64,000 bases of DNA from Nemertoderma westbladi (Eukaryota > Animalia > Xenacoelomorpha). The notes under the pieces are model-generated. The model had not been told where the DNA came from. It was given only the letters and a program-made list of their open reading frames with translations, and searched no databases. A program made the position numbers and the translations under genes. This document shows positions 1 to 11,511 of the stretch, piece by piece (the first letter of the stretch is position 1; every line of letters starts with the position of its first letter). The stretch covers positions 35,039-99,038 of the forward strand of contig JAUCBJ010000472.1 of NCBI GenBank assembly GCA_032718475.1, in the 5' to 3' direction.

Positions 1-551
1 ATACCTTTTGCGTTAAAGAGACAAGTGTTTGATTCATTTGTGATTACTTCAGTTATTTATGGATCTGAAGCCGGGCTGGTTGATAATATTAAAATAATGG
101 AAAAGATCTATACAAGACTTGTGAAAACACTGTGATGTGTCGATCAGCAAGCACTCCTGGTTTCCGTTTTTTAACTGATTCCTTAGAGTATAACTACGCT
201 GATCCTCTTGAAGTCGTTTGCAAACGAATTCTATATAAACCGTCTACAGCGACAACGTTTGTGACATACCGTACTCCAATAAATCCAGATCTATCGGTCC
301 ATCCCGTACACAGCTGCTGTAAACCGTTCATTCCAGATAATCTAAGGGTTAACCGGCTGCGGTTAATGACCCACAAACTGAAAGTTGAAACTGGTCGTTG
401 GAGCCGTATACCAGCTGACCAAAGAGTATGCGCATGTGACAATACATCGATCCAAAATGAACCGCACGTCTTGATCACCTGTCCGATGTCTGAAAATTTC
501 CGACATAACTACACATGCCTACATTTTTCAAGCATGATAAATTTGTTTTAG
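1..551 (+). mobile_element. Degenerate non-LTR retrotransposon (LINE) ORF2 C-terminal fragment
   Basis: ORF 132-551 contains RLRLMTHKLKVETGRW..IP..QRVCAC..IQNEPHVLITCP, resembling the Cys/His-bearing C-terminus that follows the RT domain in invertebrate LINEs. Upstream frame is broken. Confidence 0.7.
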
Positions 552-1952
552 GTTAAGGACCTAAAGAACTTATGTTATTATATTTAATATTTATTGAAGC
601 TATTTGAATAACAGTTTTTAGACATTAATAATGTCTATTTTTCCTTATATTTTGTTAATGGTTAGTCATCTGTTGAAACTCTTGCTGTACTACTATAATA
701 ATATGAGTTGTATAATGATAAAAACCTTATTGATGTGGCATAAAATCGTGCATTTTAATTAATATTATAGAGTAAGAAATACAGTAAAGTAAAATCTATC
801 TTTTACTGTAACATTTTTTTCTTTTTTTTTAGTTTATTACAAAAATATTATTAAACATTGGTATTAATTTCCTGACTCCAATTCACAACATAAATTATTT
901 ATTATGCAATTCAACAATCAAAGGAAGAAACTAGCTGTGAAACAAAACAATGACGAACAGGAAACAACAAGACACCAAAAACACTACCACAATTAAATAA
1001 ATAAAATCAAGAAATACAAACTAAGAAAAATATATACAAGAAATAAAACATTGAATTATCAGTGTTCAGGACCCCGACAGATCCCGTTATATAGTACAAT
1101 TAATTAGTTGGTTATAAATGTGTCTAAAATAAAGTCGAGTGAATGATGAAATTGAGAGTTGATTAAATGATGGAAGATGATTTCGAATATAAAGTGGAAT
1201 ATATGCGAGAATTGTCGTGTTAATATAATGTTTTCATGGTGTACTAATTAAAGATTAATATAATATTGCAAGGTAATAATAATAATGATTGGTCGTGTAA
1301 AATATATTCCCCATAGAAAGTAATGATGGGCGTGTAAGTAACTACCATAGCCCAACTGAATTTGAGTTTAAGTTTGTGATTGAAATATATGGAAGATTAA
1401 ATGATATGGCGAATTGGATGTACGGCAATTTAAATAAAATAAATAAATAATTAGTTTCTTAGGAAACATTAAAGAAACAAATGCTAATTTATTTTCAGTT
1501 TATTTGTATATTTTCATGTTTATTTGTTTGATTTGAATAGGAATGCTTTCTTTGTTGTGGAATATAATCGGCGTATTGCTGGGTTGAAAGGGGCTGTCGA
1601 CTGTATATATAATATTAGGATAAAAATTAGGGTTGGCAGGTTGGCGAACACCAATAATACAAAAAATATACATTTAGGGCATTCTAAAAATAGATAAAAT
1701 AAATAGATAGATAACTAATTAAAATATAAATAAACAATAATCATAAGGTGTCAAGGTGGGTGGCCTCGTTCCCACATAACCTGCACCCACAAGAATCAGT
1801 ATCATAATTAGTTTATCAATATGTAATGCTGAAACACAGGATACAGGTCGAAGAATGTCGATTTTCCTCTGGAGAGGTATAATTTTGATTGCATCAATAA
1901 TATTCATCCCCATCTGCTACAATTTGAAGAAAACTATTATTACATAATAATA

Positions 1953-4440
1953 CCTATAGTCATTGGGGGTAAAAAAAACAATTTTCCTTTTTTTGTGAAT
2001 AAATGTATTAATATTCCATGGATTTCAATAAATTTGGTATTGTCTGAAAGCTAATCAAAAATGCAATTTAATGATCATCAAACATCATTACCTAACATAT
2101 TTTTAAAGAAATTGTGGTCAAAAAAGTGATGTTTTTTTTTACCCCAAAATGGGGTAAAACAAAAACAACAGTGGGTAAATAAAAAACACGGTTTCAAGTG
2201 GGGAATCATCGCAGTGCAATTGATTATATTTAATATTTCAGTATTTATTATTGATTTTTAATTAAGTATCATACAAGTAATCATATATACGAGCATATTT
2301 TGATTAATAAAGTTGGTGTTGGCTCATATATTCGTACTTGAGACGCACAATTGTTAGCAGTTTTACATCAAATCGGAATATTCCTCCTCCTTTTAGTTTC
2401 TTGCCAGTCATCGGACCAAAAAATACATAGTTTGAGTTTAAAATGCTAATATCACCGGTTTTTATTTCGAACTCATCATCACCTTTGTATGTATAAAACT
2501 GGAATTCAATCTGATCTACTAATGACTCACAATCATTGCTAAAGAGCTTCAATGGCTGACCGAAATAAAATGATTTCTCATAGGCTACCACAAAAAATTT
2601 TGATTTCACTTCATCTTCGTTAGTTTCGGTAATATAACGTTGCACAGCTTGAATTTCGTCTACAAGAATATCCTTTCCCCCCTTCCTCTTTGTAGGTTCT
2701 TTTGACGATGACGTTGGTTCATCTACATAAGAATCAGATAAAACTTCAAACCGTCACCAAACCCCTGGAAGACACATGATTGATCTTGAGACTCTGATTC
2801 CTCTGATTCCATGAGATTACAACCTTGCGTTTCTTAGCTATTTTCTTAACTTGCGTTTTTTTAGCTAAATTTTTCTTTTGAAGCTTTTTCTTTTCAATCT
2901 CCTTTTTATCCTCGATTTCTTTTTCGTCGTCTGCCTTTCTGTTTAGATTAGATTTATTTTTTCAAAAGTTCTCTAGAAATAACTCAGCAAAGGATTTCTT
3001 TGGCCCTTGATGTTGGTGTTGACCTTCCTGAAGTCGGAAATAATTCATTCGAAACCATAATCCATTGACCAGATCCTGTTGGTGCCGTAGATGTGGATGG
3101 CTCTGTGGGTGTTGTTAAAGGTACCCAAGCCCAACGGGCAGAAGTGACTGAACTGGTGGTATTTGGTGGTGAAAGGAACGAAGTGGATAAACTGTTATTA
3201 ACAGTTGGTGATGCTATAACAGATTCCTCAATTTGTACAGGTCCCGTATTACTCCCGTCTGCGATTGAAACTTCTCCCTGGGCCCCGTCCTTGTCTGAAT
3301 CCTCTTCCTGGGTCACTGGCTCAACAGTGTTATCACAGACGGCTGGTCGCCCATCTTGGACCCACTTTACATACTTATCTTTCAGCCCCAAATCGAAGTC
3401 TCCCAAGTGACAATAACGCGATGGATTAAACGGGAATATACCAGTTGATTCAAATCCTGATTGAATGTTCGTGGGTGAACCGCCAATATGCCAAATTTGA
3501 GATAGTTGATTTACGAACTGTTTCTTTGACATAGCCTTTAACTTTCCGTCTTCTCCTATACCGTTGGAGACTATCAAATTCGTTAGCCGGTTAGCCCAAT
3601 GCTTCTTCAAGGGACCAAAAACTGACTTATCAAGTGGCTGTAAAGTGGTGGTAGTGTGGGGAGGCAACTTTAATATTGTGATATTTTCACTTCTAGCCTT
3701 TTTTATGGTTGGTATAGATACATGAGACAAGTGACCATCATATAAAAGAAGCAAAGGCCGTTCCGTGATTTTGTAACAAAACTCAAAGAACCAATCTTCA
3801 AAAACAGATGTTGTCATCCAACCAGTGGGACTTATTCCGTAAAAAATCTCAGGTAGGGCAATACCTTGATCACCTACCCAGTCTCTTGGAAGTCGAAGAC
3901 GATCACTCTTTGAAGAGAAAATTATCAAAGGGTCTAATAGGCGACCATCTGCATTACAAACTGCTAATGTAGTTATATTCTCCCTTCCACTCCCGGCGAC
4001 CACAGAAACCACTTTCTGACCAACTCGCGATACTGTTTCAACATTATTTGGGTCCATGGGAAAGCCGGACTCGTCTAAATTCCAACAATTCGCAGGTTTA
4101 TCTTTCAGATCAGTTTTATGGAAGATATTTTCAAGTTTGTCGTAAAAGTCATTGATGATGAAAGGGTTTTTTATTGCACTGATTCTCCCCGCGTGCATTG
4201 TTTTAGTTTTTTTACTACTTAGTTTATTCCGAGCCATGAACAATTGTAGCCAATCCCTTCCGGGACACCATATAGTTGAAGTTCCAGGCTTATAAATTTT
4301 CTCATTCCGTGCATACGTTTCCACAATCCCGAGAATTTGCTTTCTTATCGGGGCAAAGCCCATTGCAGCCATGCTTTCAATGCAGTTAGCTAAATCAGAT
4401 TCCTGGGCATTACTCAATATTGAATGTCTGCCTTGGTTTC
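1953..4440 (-). mobile_element. pogo-superfamily (Tc1/mariner-related) DNA transposon, 5'-truncated and degenerate
   Basis: Transposase ORF, frameshifted K/E-rich tail (2650-2980), C-terminal ORF 2304-2645, and subterminal GGGGTAAAA..AACA motifs at 1965-2190. Left boundary approximate; a second TIR was not found. Confidence 0.8.
2984..4417 (-). pseudogene. pogo-like DDE_1 transposase with CENP-B-type HTH remnant, DD35D triad
   Basis: Motifs PGRDWLQLFMARN, WNLDESG, GWMTTSVFEDW, LLLYDGHLSH, LPPHTT..LQPLDKSVFGPLK; 35 residues counted between the 2nd and 3rd Asp. No ATG start and N-terminal HTH missing. Confidence 0.88.
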
Positions 4441-4500
4441 TGTTCTGATAGCCTTTTGTTTATTGTTTCGGTTAGAATAACGTGCCACTGTAACCTGTAA
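4440..4500 (-). repeat. Copy of a dispersed repeat (CAGGTTACAGTGGCACGTTATTCTAACC...)
   Basis: Same motif occurs on + at ~10560, ~17455 and ~22017. Confidence 0.65.
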
Positions 4501-5419
4501 TTATTCTGTTGTATTAAAAATAATTTAACATCGAGGCAAAAGGCGAAAAATCAATTCGCCGATATGGGATTTGCGTCCAGTCTCCCCCCACCCCCCCCCC
4601 CCCCCCCCCTGTCTCAACAACAGGTTAAAGTTTTATTTTTGGGAGTAATCAGCTGTTATTTCGTCGATTTTCCCCTGGAGAGGAATGAGTTAGTTTTAAA
4701 ATACTGTAATAATGTAATAACTGTAAAATACTGTATGTAAGTGATTCGATATTTTGTCATTTTGAAAGTTGCTTATTATGGTTCACATCATGGTTTAAAT
4801 TTGATTTTTCTGCAATAAAAACTCAAATATTTGAAATAATATAAAACCCAACTCAACATGAAGTGAATTACATAATAACAGTATCATTCCTTGTCGGACG
4901 GAGCCTTTGTTATAGGATTGAAAACTGTCAAAGGGTGTGTGCTGGCTGGCTGGATGATATGGGTGTTTTCATAACTTATATATAAATGCAACAACAAAGC
5001 TATCCACATACTGTAGTTACATATAGACTCAAAAGTAGTTCCGACCTCCCTAATTACTTCCTTTCCCATATTATATGAGGTACTGAGGACTACAATTAAT
5101 CCAATGGGCGAGTTTCGTTGTCATCACAAATTGCGCAGGTAATAGGAACTTACAAATGAACGGATTGCATGGTTGTTTTCACAACACTTGATAATTTAGA
5201 CCCAGTAGTATCGTTCCACTCTCTTTCAATATAAACAGGTCCTAATAGTCGCCCCTTTCAGGATGGCCAGTAAATCACCTAGGGCTTGGAACAATAACGC
5301 TTGTATCTACCATTATAGCCCATGTCATAAATATTCATTCTAGAACATTATATTTATTTAAGATGGGGAGAATAAGTCAGCTAGTGGCAGAAACAAGTAG
5401 AAACATTATACTAAAGTGA

Positions 5420-5693
5420 ACTTGAGTTGATTCTATTGGTTGTCTGGTAAACGGTGACTTTGACTTTGCTGACTTATCAACAAAGTTGCACCGCCACAAC
5501 TCCCTATCCCCCATGATTTTCGCAAGATTATCCGCATCTTCAAGGCCAATGTCCTTCAGGAGGCGTCCCACGAAAATCATGGGCTGTCCATCATGCTTTT
5601 TTCTCCATGGAGCTGCCAAAGCACAACATTGTGAACAGGCTGGTCCTCACCGAGAAAACAATGTCCTGCAAAGCGGAGGTGGCTTCGTTCTAG
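5420..5693 (-). mobile_element. RTE-like LINE 3' fragment
   Basis: Minus strand reads HLRFAGHCF, then after a frameshift GQP....RLLKDIGLEDADNLAKIMGDRELWR, matching the typical RTE C-terminus RRLRFAGHC...GRP...DR..WR. Confidence 0.7.
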
Positions 5694-7058
5694 TAGCAAC
5701 CTACCCACCATATCTTACTTAACATTACTTGTAAGTGTATTAATTACCACTAGCAACCTACCCACTATATCTTACTTAACATTACTTGTAAGTGTATTAG
5801 TTACCACTAGCAACCTACCCACTATATCTTACTTAACATTACTTGTAAGTGTATTAGTTACCACTAGCAACCTACCCACTATATCTTACTTAACATTACT
5901 TGTAAGTGTATTAGTTACCACTAGTAACCTACCCACCATATCTTACTTAACATTACTTGTAAGTGTATTAGTTACCACTAGCAACCTACCCACCATATCT
6001 TACTTAACATTACTTGTAAGTGTATTAGTTACCACTAGCAACCTACCCACTATATCTTACTTAACATTACTTGTAAGTGTATTAGTTACCACTAGTAACC
6101 TACCCACCATATCTTACTTAACATTACTTGTAAGTGTATTAGTTACCACTAGCAACCTACCCACCATATCTTACTTAACATTACTTGTAAGTGTATTAGT
6201 TACCACTAGCTACCTACCCACTATATCTTACTTAACATTACTTGTAAGTGTATTAGTTACCACTAGCAACCTACCCACCATATCTTACTTAACATTACTT
6301 GTAAGTGTATTAATTACCACTAGCAACCTACCCACTATATCTTACTTAACATTACTTGTAAGTGTATTAGTTACCACTAGCAACCTACCCACCATATCTT
6401 ACTTAACATCACTTGTAAGTGTATTAGTTACCACTAGCAACCTACCCACCATATCTTACTTAACATTACTTGTAAGTGTATTAGTTACCACTAGCAACCT
6501 ACCCACCATATCTTACTTAACATTACTTGTAAGTGTATTAGTTACCACTAGCTACCTACCCACTATATCTTACTTAACATTACTTGTAAGTGTATTAGTT
6601 ACCACTAGCTACCTACCCACTATATCTTACTTAACATTACTTGTAAGTGTATTAATTACCACTAGCAACCTACCCACCATATCTTACTTAACATTACTTG
6701 TAAGTGTATTAGTTACCACTAGCAACCTACCCACTATATCTTACTTAACATTACTTGTAAGTGTATTAATTACCACTAGCTACCTACCAACTATATCTTA
6801 CTTAACATTACTTGTAAGTGTATTAATTACCACTAGCTACCTACCCACCATATCTTACTTAACATTACTTGTAAGTGTATTAGTTACCACTAGCTACCTA
6901 CCCACTATATCTTACTTAACATTACTTGTAAGTGTATTAGTTACCACTAGCAACCTACCCACCATATCTTACTTAACATTACTTGTAAGTGTATTAGTTA
7001 CCACTAGCTACCTACCAACTATATCTTACTTAACATTACTTGTAAATATATTAGTTAC
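5694..7058 (+). repeat. 57-bp minisatellite, 24 junction copies, derived from an ion-channel exon end plus 5' splice site
   Basis: GTAAGT at 5731, 5788 and onward in exact 57-nt register to GTAAAT at 7042. The unit translates as VSV-LVTTSNLPTISYLTLL. Confidence 0.95.
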
Positions 7059-7317
7059 AATAGTTTTATTTAGTTAGTTAGTTATTAACAATTAGTTAGT
7101 TAAATATATTAGCAAAATAAAATTTACTTTACTTTTATTTACTTTTATTTAATTTACTTTACAAAATCTATATTTAGTTTCAGTATTGTTATTAATTTAA
7201 TACGTCTCAGTTATATTTTTCGTTTCATGTGGTTGTGCTAATGTTATCTCGGAATTTGTTTCATATATGCGTATTTGGTTCAGGATGTATTATATTTCCT
7301 CGAACTTTACTTTATAG

Positions 7318-7438
7318 GATGTTTATATATTGGAGAATGTGGTGTTCCAATCCGTTATGTATGCGGTTTATGCGACACTTTCTCGAACTCGAGATTACGA
7401 TGCAACCATAGCACGATATTACGACTTTATTGCTCTAG
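7318..7438 (+). CDS. Pentameric ligand-gated ion channel exon (M3 to start of M4)
   Basis: tttatag|GAT...CTAG|gtaagt; open frame DVYILENVVFQSVMYAVYATLSRTRDYDATIARYYDFIAL. Phase-0 join to the upstream LPTISYLTLL gives LPTISYLTLLDVY. Confidence 0.8.
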
Positions 7439-7803
7439 GTAAGTTCGGGAGATATTGCACTCGGTAAGTTCGTAGATATTGCTCTAGGTAAGTTCGGCAG
7501 ATATTGCTCTAGGTAAGTTCGGGAGATATTGCTCTAGGTAAGTTCGGGAGATATTGCACTCGGTAAGTTCGTAGATATTGCTCTAGGTAAGTTCGGAAGA
7601 TATTGCTCTGGTAAGTTCGGCAGATATTGCTCTAGGTAAGTTCGGCAGATATTGCTCTAGGTAAGTTCGGGAGATATTGCTCTAGGTAAGTTCGGCAGAT
7701 ATTGCTCTAGGTAAGTTCGGCAGATATTGCTCTAGGTAAGTTCGGGAGATATTGCTTTAGGTAAGTTCGGCAGATATTGCTCTAGGTAAGTTCGGGAGAT
7801 ATT
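7428..7803 (+). repeat. 25-bp (24-25) minisatellite, 15 copies of the exon-end/donor junction TATTGCTCTAG|GTAAGTTCGGGAGA
   Basis: GTAAGT counted at 15 positions from 7439 to 7786; the first is the donor of exon 7318-7438. Confidence 0.95.
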
Positions 7804-8342
7804 ACAATATTTCGGCTCGACGGCTGCGTTGATGCTATTACGTTTTAACAAAACCTTAATAATTAACTGCAGAACTTATTCAACATTATGACAATATAAC
7901 CTTATAGTAAGTAGTATTGTATGTCTGTGGGCCCAGAATAGTATATTTTTATCTAAGTTTATGTGGACAACCCTGCACACCCGTACAGCCCACATGCTGT
8001 CTCTGCTGTAAGAAAGGGGCAGTCTATTCAAATATAATTTTTTCTCACCTTTTCGGATTTTGTCGTTATTATCAAGTAAAAAAGCTCCTATCATGGTTTT
8101 TCTAAATATGTGCAGATATTTTGATTCACCGTTAAAAATCCTTCAAATGTTCATGTGAACCTTCCTCAGTGCGCTCGCTTCATTCTTACTACAGTATTAA
8201 TGTATTTATAGCTCAGGTATAAATAGTTGTTTATTACATTTACTTATTTATTATAATATTATACGTAGGGAATATACAGTAGAAATGTAGAATCACACTG
8301 TATTCGGTAATCAGATTATAATGAGTGGCGGAATTGTTTCAG

Positions 8343-8512
8343 GTGTTACAGCTGGAATCCAATTCATATTCAACATCTGTTTCGGGATTCTCTTTGCCGT
8401 GAAGTTGAATAAAACGAAAAAGGATATCTCGGTGAAAGATAGGGATTACCGTAAACTTCGGGAGTTTATGAAACCTGATGTACCCGAGTTAGGGTTAACC
8501 GAGGCCTACTGA
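8343..8512 (+). CDS. Terminal coding exon of the ion channel gene (M4 plus C-terminal tail)
   Basis: gtttcag|GT completes a phase-1 Gly codon, then hydrophobic VTAGIQFIFNICFGILFAV followed by a basic/charged tail ending TEAY*. Confidence 0.78.
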
Positions 8513-8596
8513 CCGAGGGGCCTACTGTCCGAGGAGGCCTACTGACCGAGAAGGCATACTGACCGAGGAGGCCTACTGAACGAGGCCTACAAACCG
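8498..8596 (+). repeat. Short 15-18-bp tandem repeat (ACCGAG[GAG]GCCTACTG) starting at the last codons and stop codon
   Basis: About 6 imperfect copies; the first copy is ACC GAG GCC TAC TGA. Confidence 0.8.
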
Positions 8597-8747
8597 AACC
8601 TTCTAAACTAATTGCTTTATATGCTGGTGAATATTAGGTCAACTAATGAAAATCCACATTTATAGTACCGTAATTATACTTATTCATTATTTATTATTCG
8701 GTTAATGCTGTATAACATGTATTATTTGATACCTTAAGGTATCTTAA

Positions 8748-9263
8748 GGGGGGGTGGGGGGGGGGGGGGGGGGAGGTTCACCCCCAGTCTTTATTCATCA
8801 GATTTTTTTTTATTTGTTTTCCGCTGTAAACTTTTGTAATTTTCCCTCAAAATTTGAAAAATTTTATTTTTGGTGCAGCCATGATCTACTAAATATATCA
8901 ATATATATATATATATAGTAGGTCATGGTGCAGCACCACATTTGACACCAAAAGAGACCATCAAACACACAGGAATTTCGAAATATTTTGCCATTTTCGT
9001 AATCAGCGCCGAAAATTAGCCTATAGGTATCAAAACCGCAGAAGAGAAAATTAAAGTGAAAAAATAAAGTGAAAATTTTTAAAAATTTTTCAAAAATTAA
9101 TAATTTTCAAATTTTATGTGAAAATTACAAAAGTTGCCATAACTCGTGAACAAAACAACTTATCGAAAAACTGATTTCAGATTCGGAATCAGCATAAAAT
9201 TTTACATCGGAAAACACATTTTAAAAAATCTGATGAAAAAAAGACCCCCCCCCCCCCCCCCCT
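8748..9263. mobile_element. Non-autonomous TIR element, possibly Kolobok-like
   Basis: Poly-G...GTCTTTATTCATCAGATTTTT at left is inverted to AAAAATCTGATGAAAAAAAGAC-poly-C at right; TTAA flanks both ends. Confidence 0.55.
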
Positions 9264-10302
9264 TTAATTAAATGATTCAACATTATTTTTTTTAATTTTA
9301 CTTTGCAGAAATACACTTTATTGCTCGGTTGTGCATTTTTATCACATTTATTATATCTGATTAATAATATAAAACCAGCTGCATATAATTTATAAAACGA
9401 ATTAAAATAAATTCCTATTATTTGGCAGATATTTACTTGGAGCGATTTACTCATTAAATTCGAATTTCATTTGCCAAGTCATATTTTACTCTTCCAAAGC
9501 GCTTGTTGCTATGGCTCTAAATACAATTGCAATGATGTTGGCTCAGAAAATCAAATATTGGAATTAATAATTGTATTCGATAAACTGAACAAAAAGGATT
9601 AAACACGATTGTGTTGTTTATTTAATAAATGTTTTAATAATAAATTATCTAGGTGTTGTTAAAATATCTATGGTTACAGCATGATTATATTTTTATTTGA
9701 TTTTCAGTTTTGGAAAGCAAAACTTACAGTTTAGTATAAGGTAGTCGCCAAAAAATACAATATAAAATAGCGGCTATTTTGCAGGAGTTTCTCTTTGCAA
9801 ACCGATATATTTTTTTGCTGGGATACAGTTGAGCAGGTAACCCTTCTTTACTCTCCAGCTAGTAGTTAGTAGTTCCTCAAAGTTATCAGATTAACGACAA
9901 CAGGGTTGTTCCACACCTTCCTCACCTGTTCCACACTACATTCCGACGCGATAACAACTTGACACATTATGGATGCTGTTTGTTGTACTAATTGATATTT
10001 GTAACCCTTTTGTCTCTTGGATTTCCCATCTCTTTCTGTCGCTATTTACCATTCCAAGTAGGCCTACCCACTTAGGCCTATAAAATATTATATAGGTCTA
10101 CCGTGATTGCATTGTATTGTATATTGTCCTGAGAATAATTACTCTAAAAAAATTTAAAATAAAACTCGTACCATTTTAAATGTATTCTATATCAATATTT
10201 TTACAGAAGTTAATTAATTACAATCACATTCTACTGTAGGATCTGATTGTTCTTATACTTTATCTCTATTGGTAGTTAATTTTAGTCCAGAATTCGGCCG
10301 CT

Positions 10303-11194
10303 ATGGAGCTGCAGAAAGGTGCAGTTGGTCCCCGACACTATTACTGGCAGGATCACAAACCTGTCACAACTAATATGATCTACGGTCTCCATTATAGGAA
10401 GGATCCAAACTTTCAGATGTCCAGAACAGAAAAAAGCGATGCCAAGAAGAAAAATACTTTAAAAGGTTAATTAATACATTTCCGATACACTCGACGCCAA
10501 ACCCGCCTTGGCGAATTAGTATCCCGCCTCAATAATAAATTATCAATTTAGGGAAAGGAGCAGGTTACAGTGGCACGTTATTTTAACCAAAACTATAAAC
10601 TAAACACAATAGCTAACAGGTTACAGTTTTATTTTTGAGAATAATCAGCTGTTATTTGCGTCCAATTTCCTCTGGAGAGGGATGAATTTTTATTGCGTCC
10701 AGTATCCCCCCCCCCCCCCTCCCCCTCCTATCTGATATTTCCATATCTTTCCAATTTTAGAGCCAAAGTAGTGAAAATAATGTTCCATTACAAACATAAA
10801 ACTACGTACTGTAGAGCTACGGGATGAAAAATATGGTAAGGTATTATAGATAATGTCGATTCCTTATTAACATCGAAAAATAAAATATTTCGAGATAATT
10901 GAAAATAATGTTCGTCTATAATATTTACAAAACAATAAATAAATAATTTTTTTTGTTATATTTGTATAATTATATTTGTATAATTGCGATTATTTTTAAG
11001 ATCAAAGCGGTGGGAAACCCCCTACAGTGGCTGTCAAGAATACAGAAATGCTGCCAATTGATTTCCAAGCCAAGTTGTTAAGGAGAACCTTCAACGCGGT
11101 CGGTGAAAACTTTAAAAGTCCACCGGAGCAAGAGAACCTTGGATCCTACTTATGGCATGTACATTCTGGAAACCTTGTACACATACAACATTGA
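10303..11194 (+). other. Possible small spliced ORF or exon remnants of unknown product (10303-10465 joined to 11001-11194)
   Basis: Two GC-richer open segments joinable in phase 1 (MELQKGAVGPRHYYWQ...TLK / DQSGGKPP...HIQH*). Splice sites are weak, no motif recognised, and the exon-like 10761-10835 has stops in all three frames. Confidence 0.25.
10549..10710 (+). repeat. Dispersed repeat copy (same family as 4440-4500 and 4560-4690)
   Basis: Shares CAGGTTACAGTGGCACGTTATT, AATCAGCTGTTATTT..CTGGAGAGG and TTGCGTCCAGT-poly-C blocks with the 4.4-4.7 kb region. Confidence 0.65.
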
Positions 11195-11511
11195 CGATAT
11201 TAAACATTCACATTATACTGTAGAACTATAACTTATTGTTATACAGTAGTTAGAAGTATAAATGTACTGTATGTAGACCTATTCAATCTATTTTTATTGT
11301 TACTTTCTGGGATAAATATGTGCCGGATTTTGAAAACACCAACGTTTATAAACTCAAAAGTACTTTGGGGTATGAATGAGAGCGTGTGTGAGTTCACGAG
11401 TATTAACTAATAATGATTTTATGGAAATGTGGGCGAAAGGGTAACTTACTGAGAAAGGAAAAATTTTATCCAGATGTCGTTACTTACATACATACCGGTA
11501 CATCGACCATG

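Noticed and set aside
3093-3410. Plus-strand 105-aa ORF
   Set aside because: Antisense shadow of the transposase ORF.
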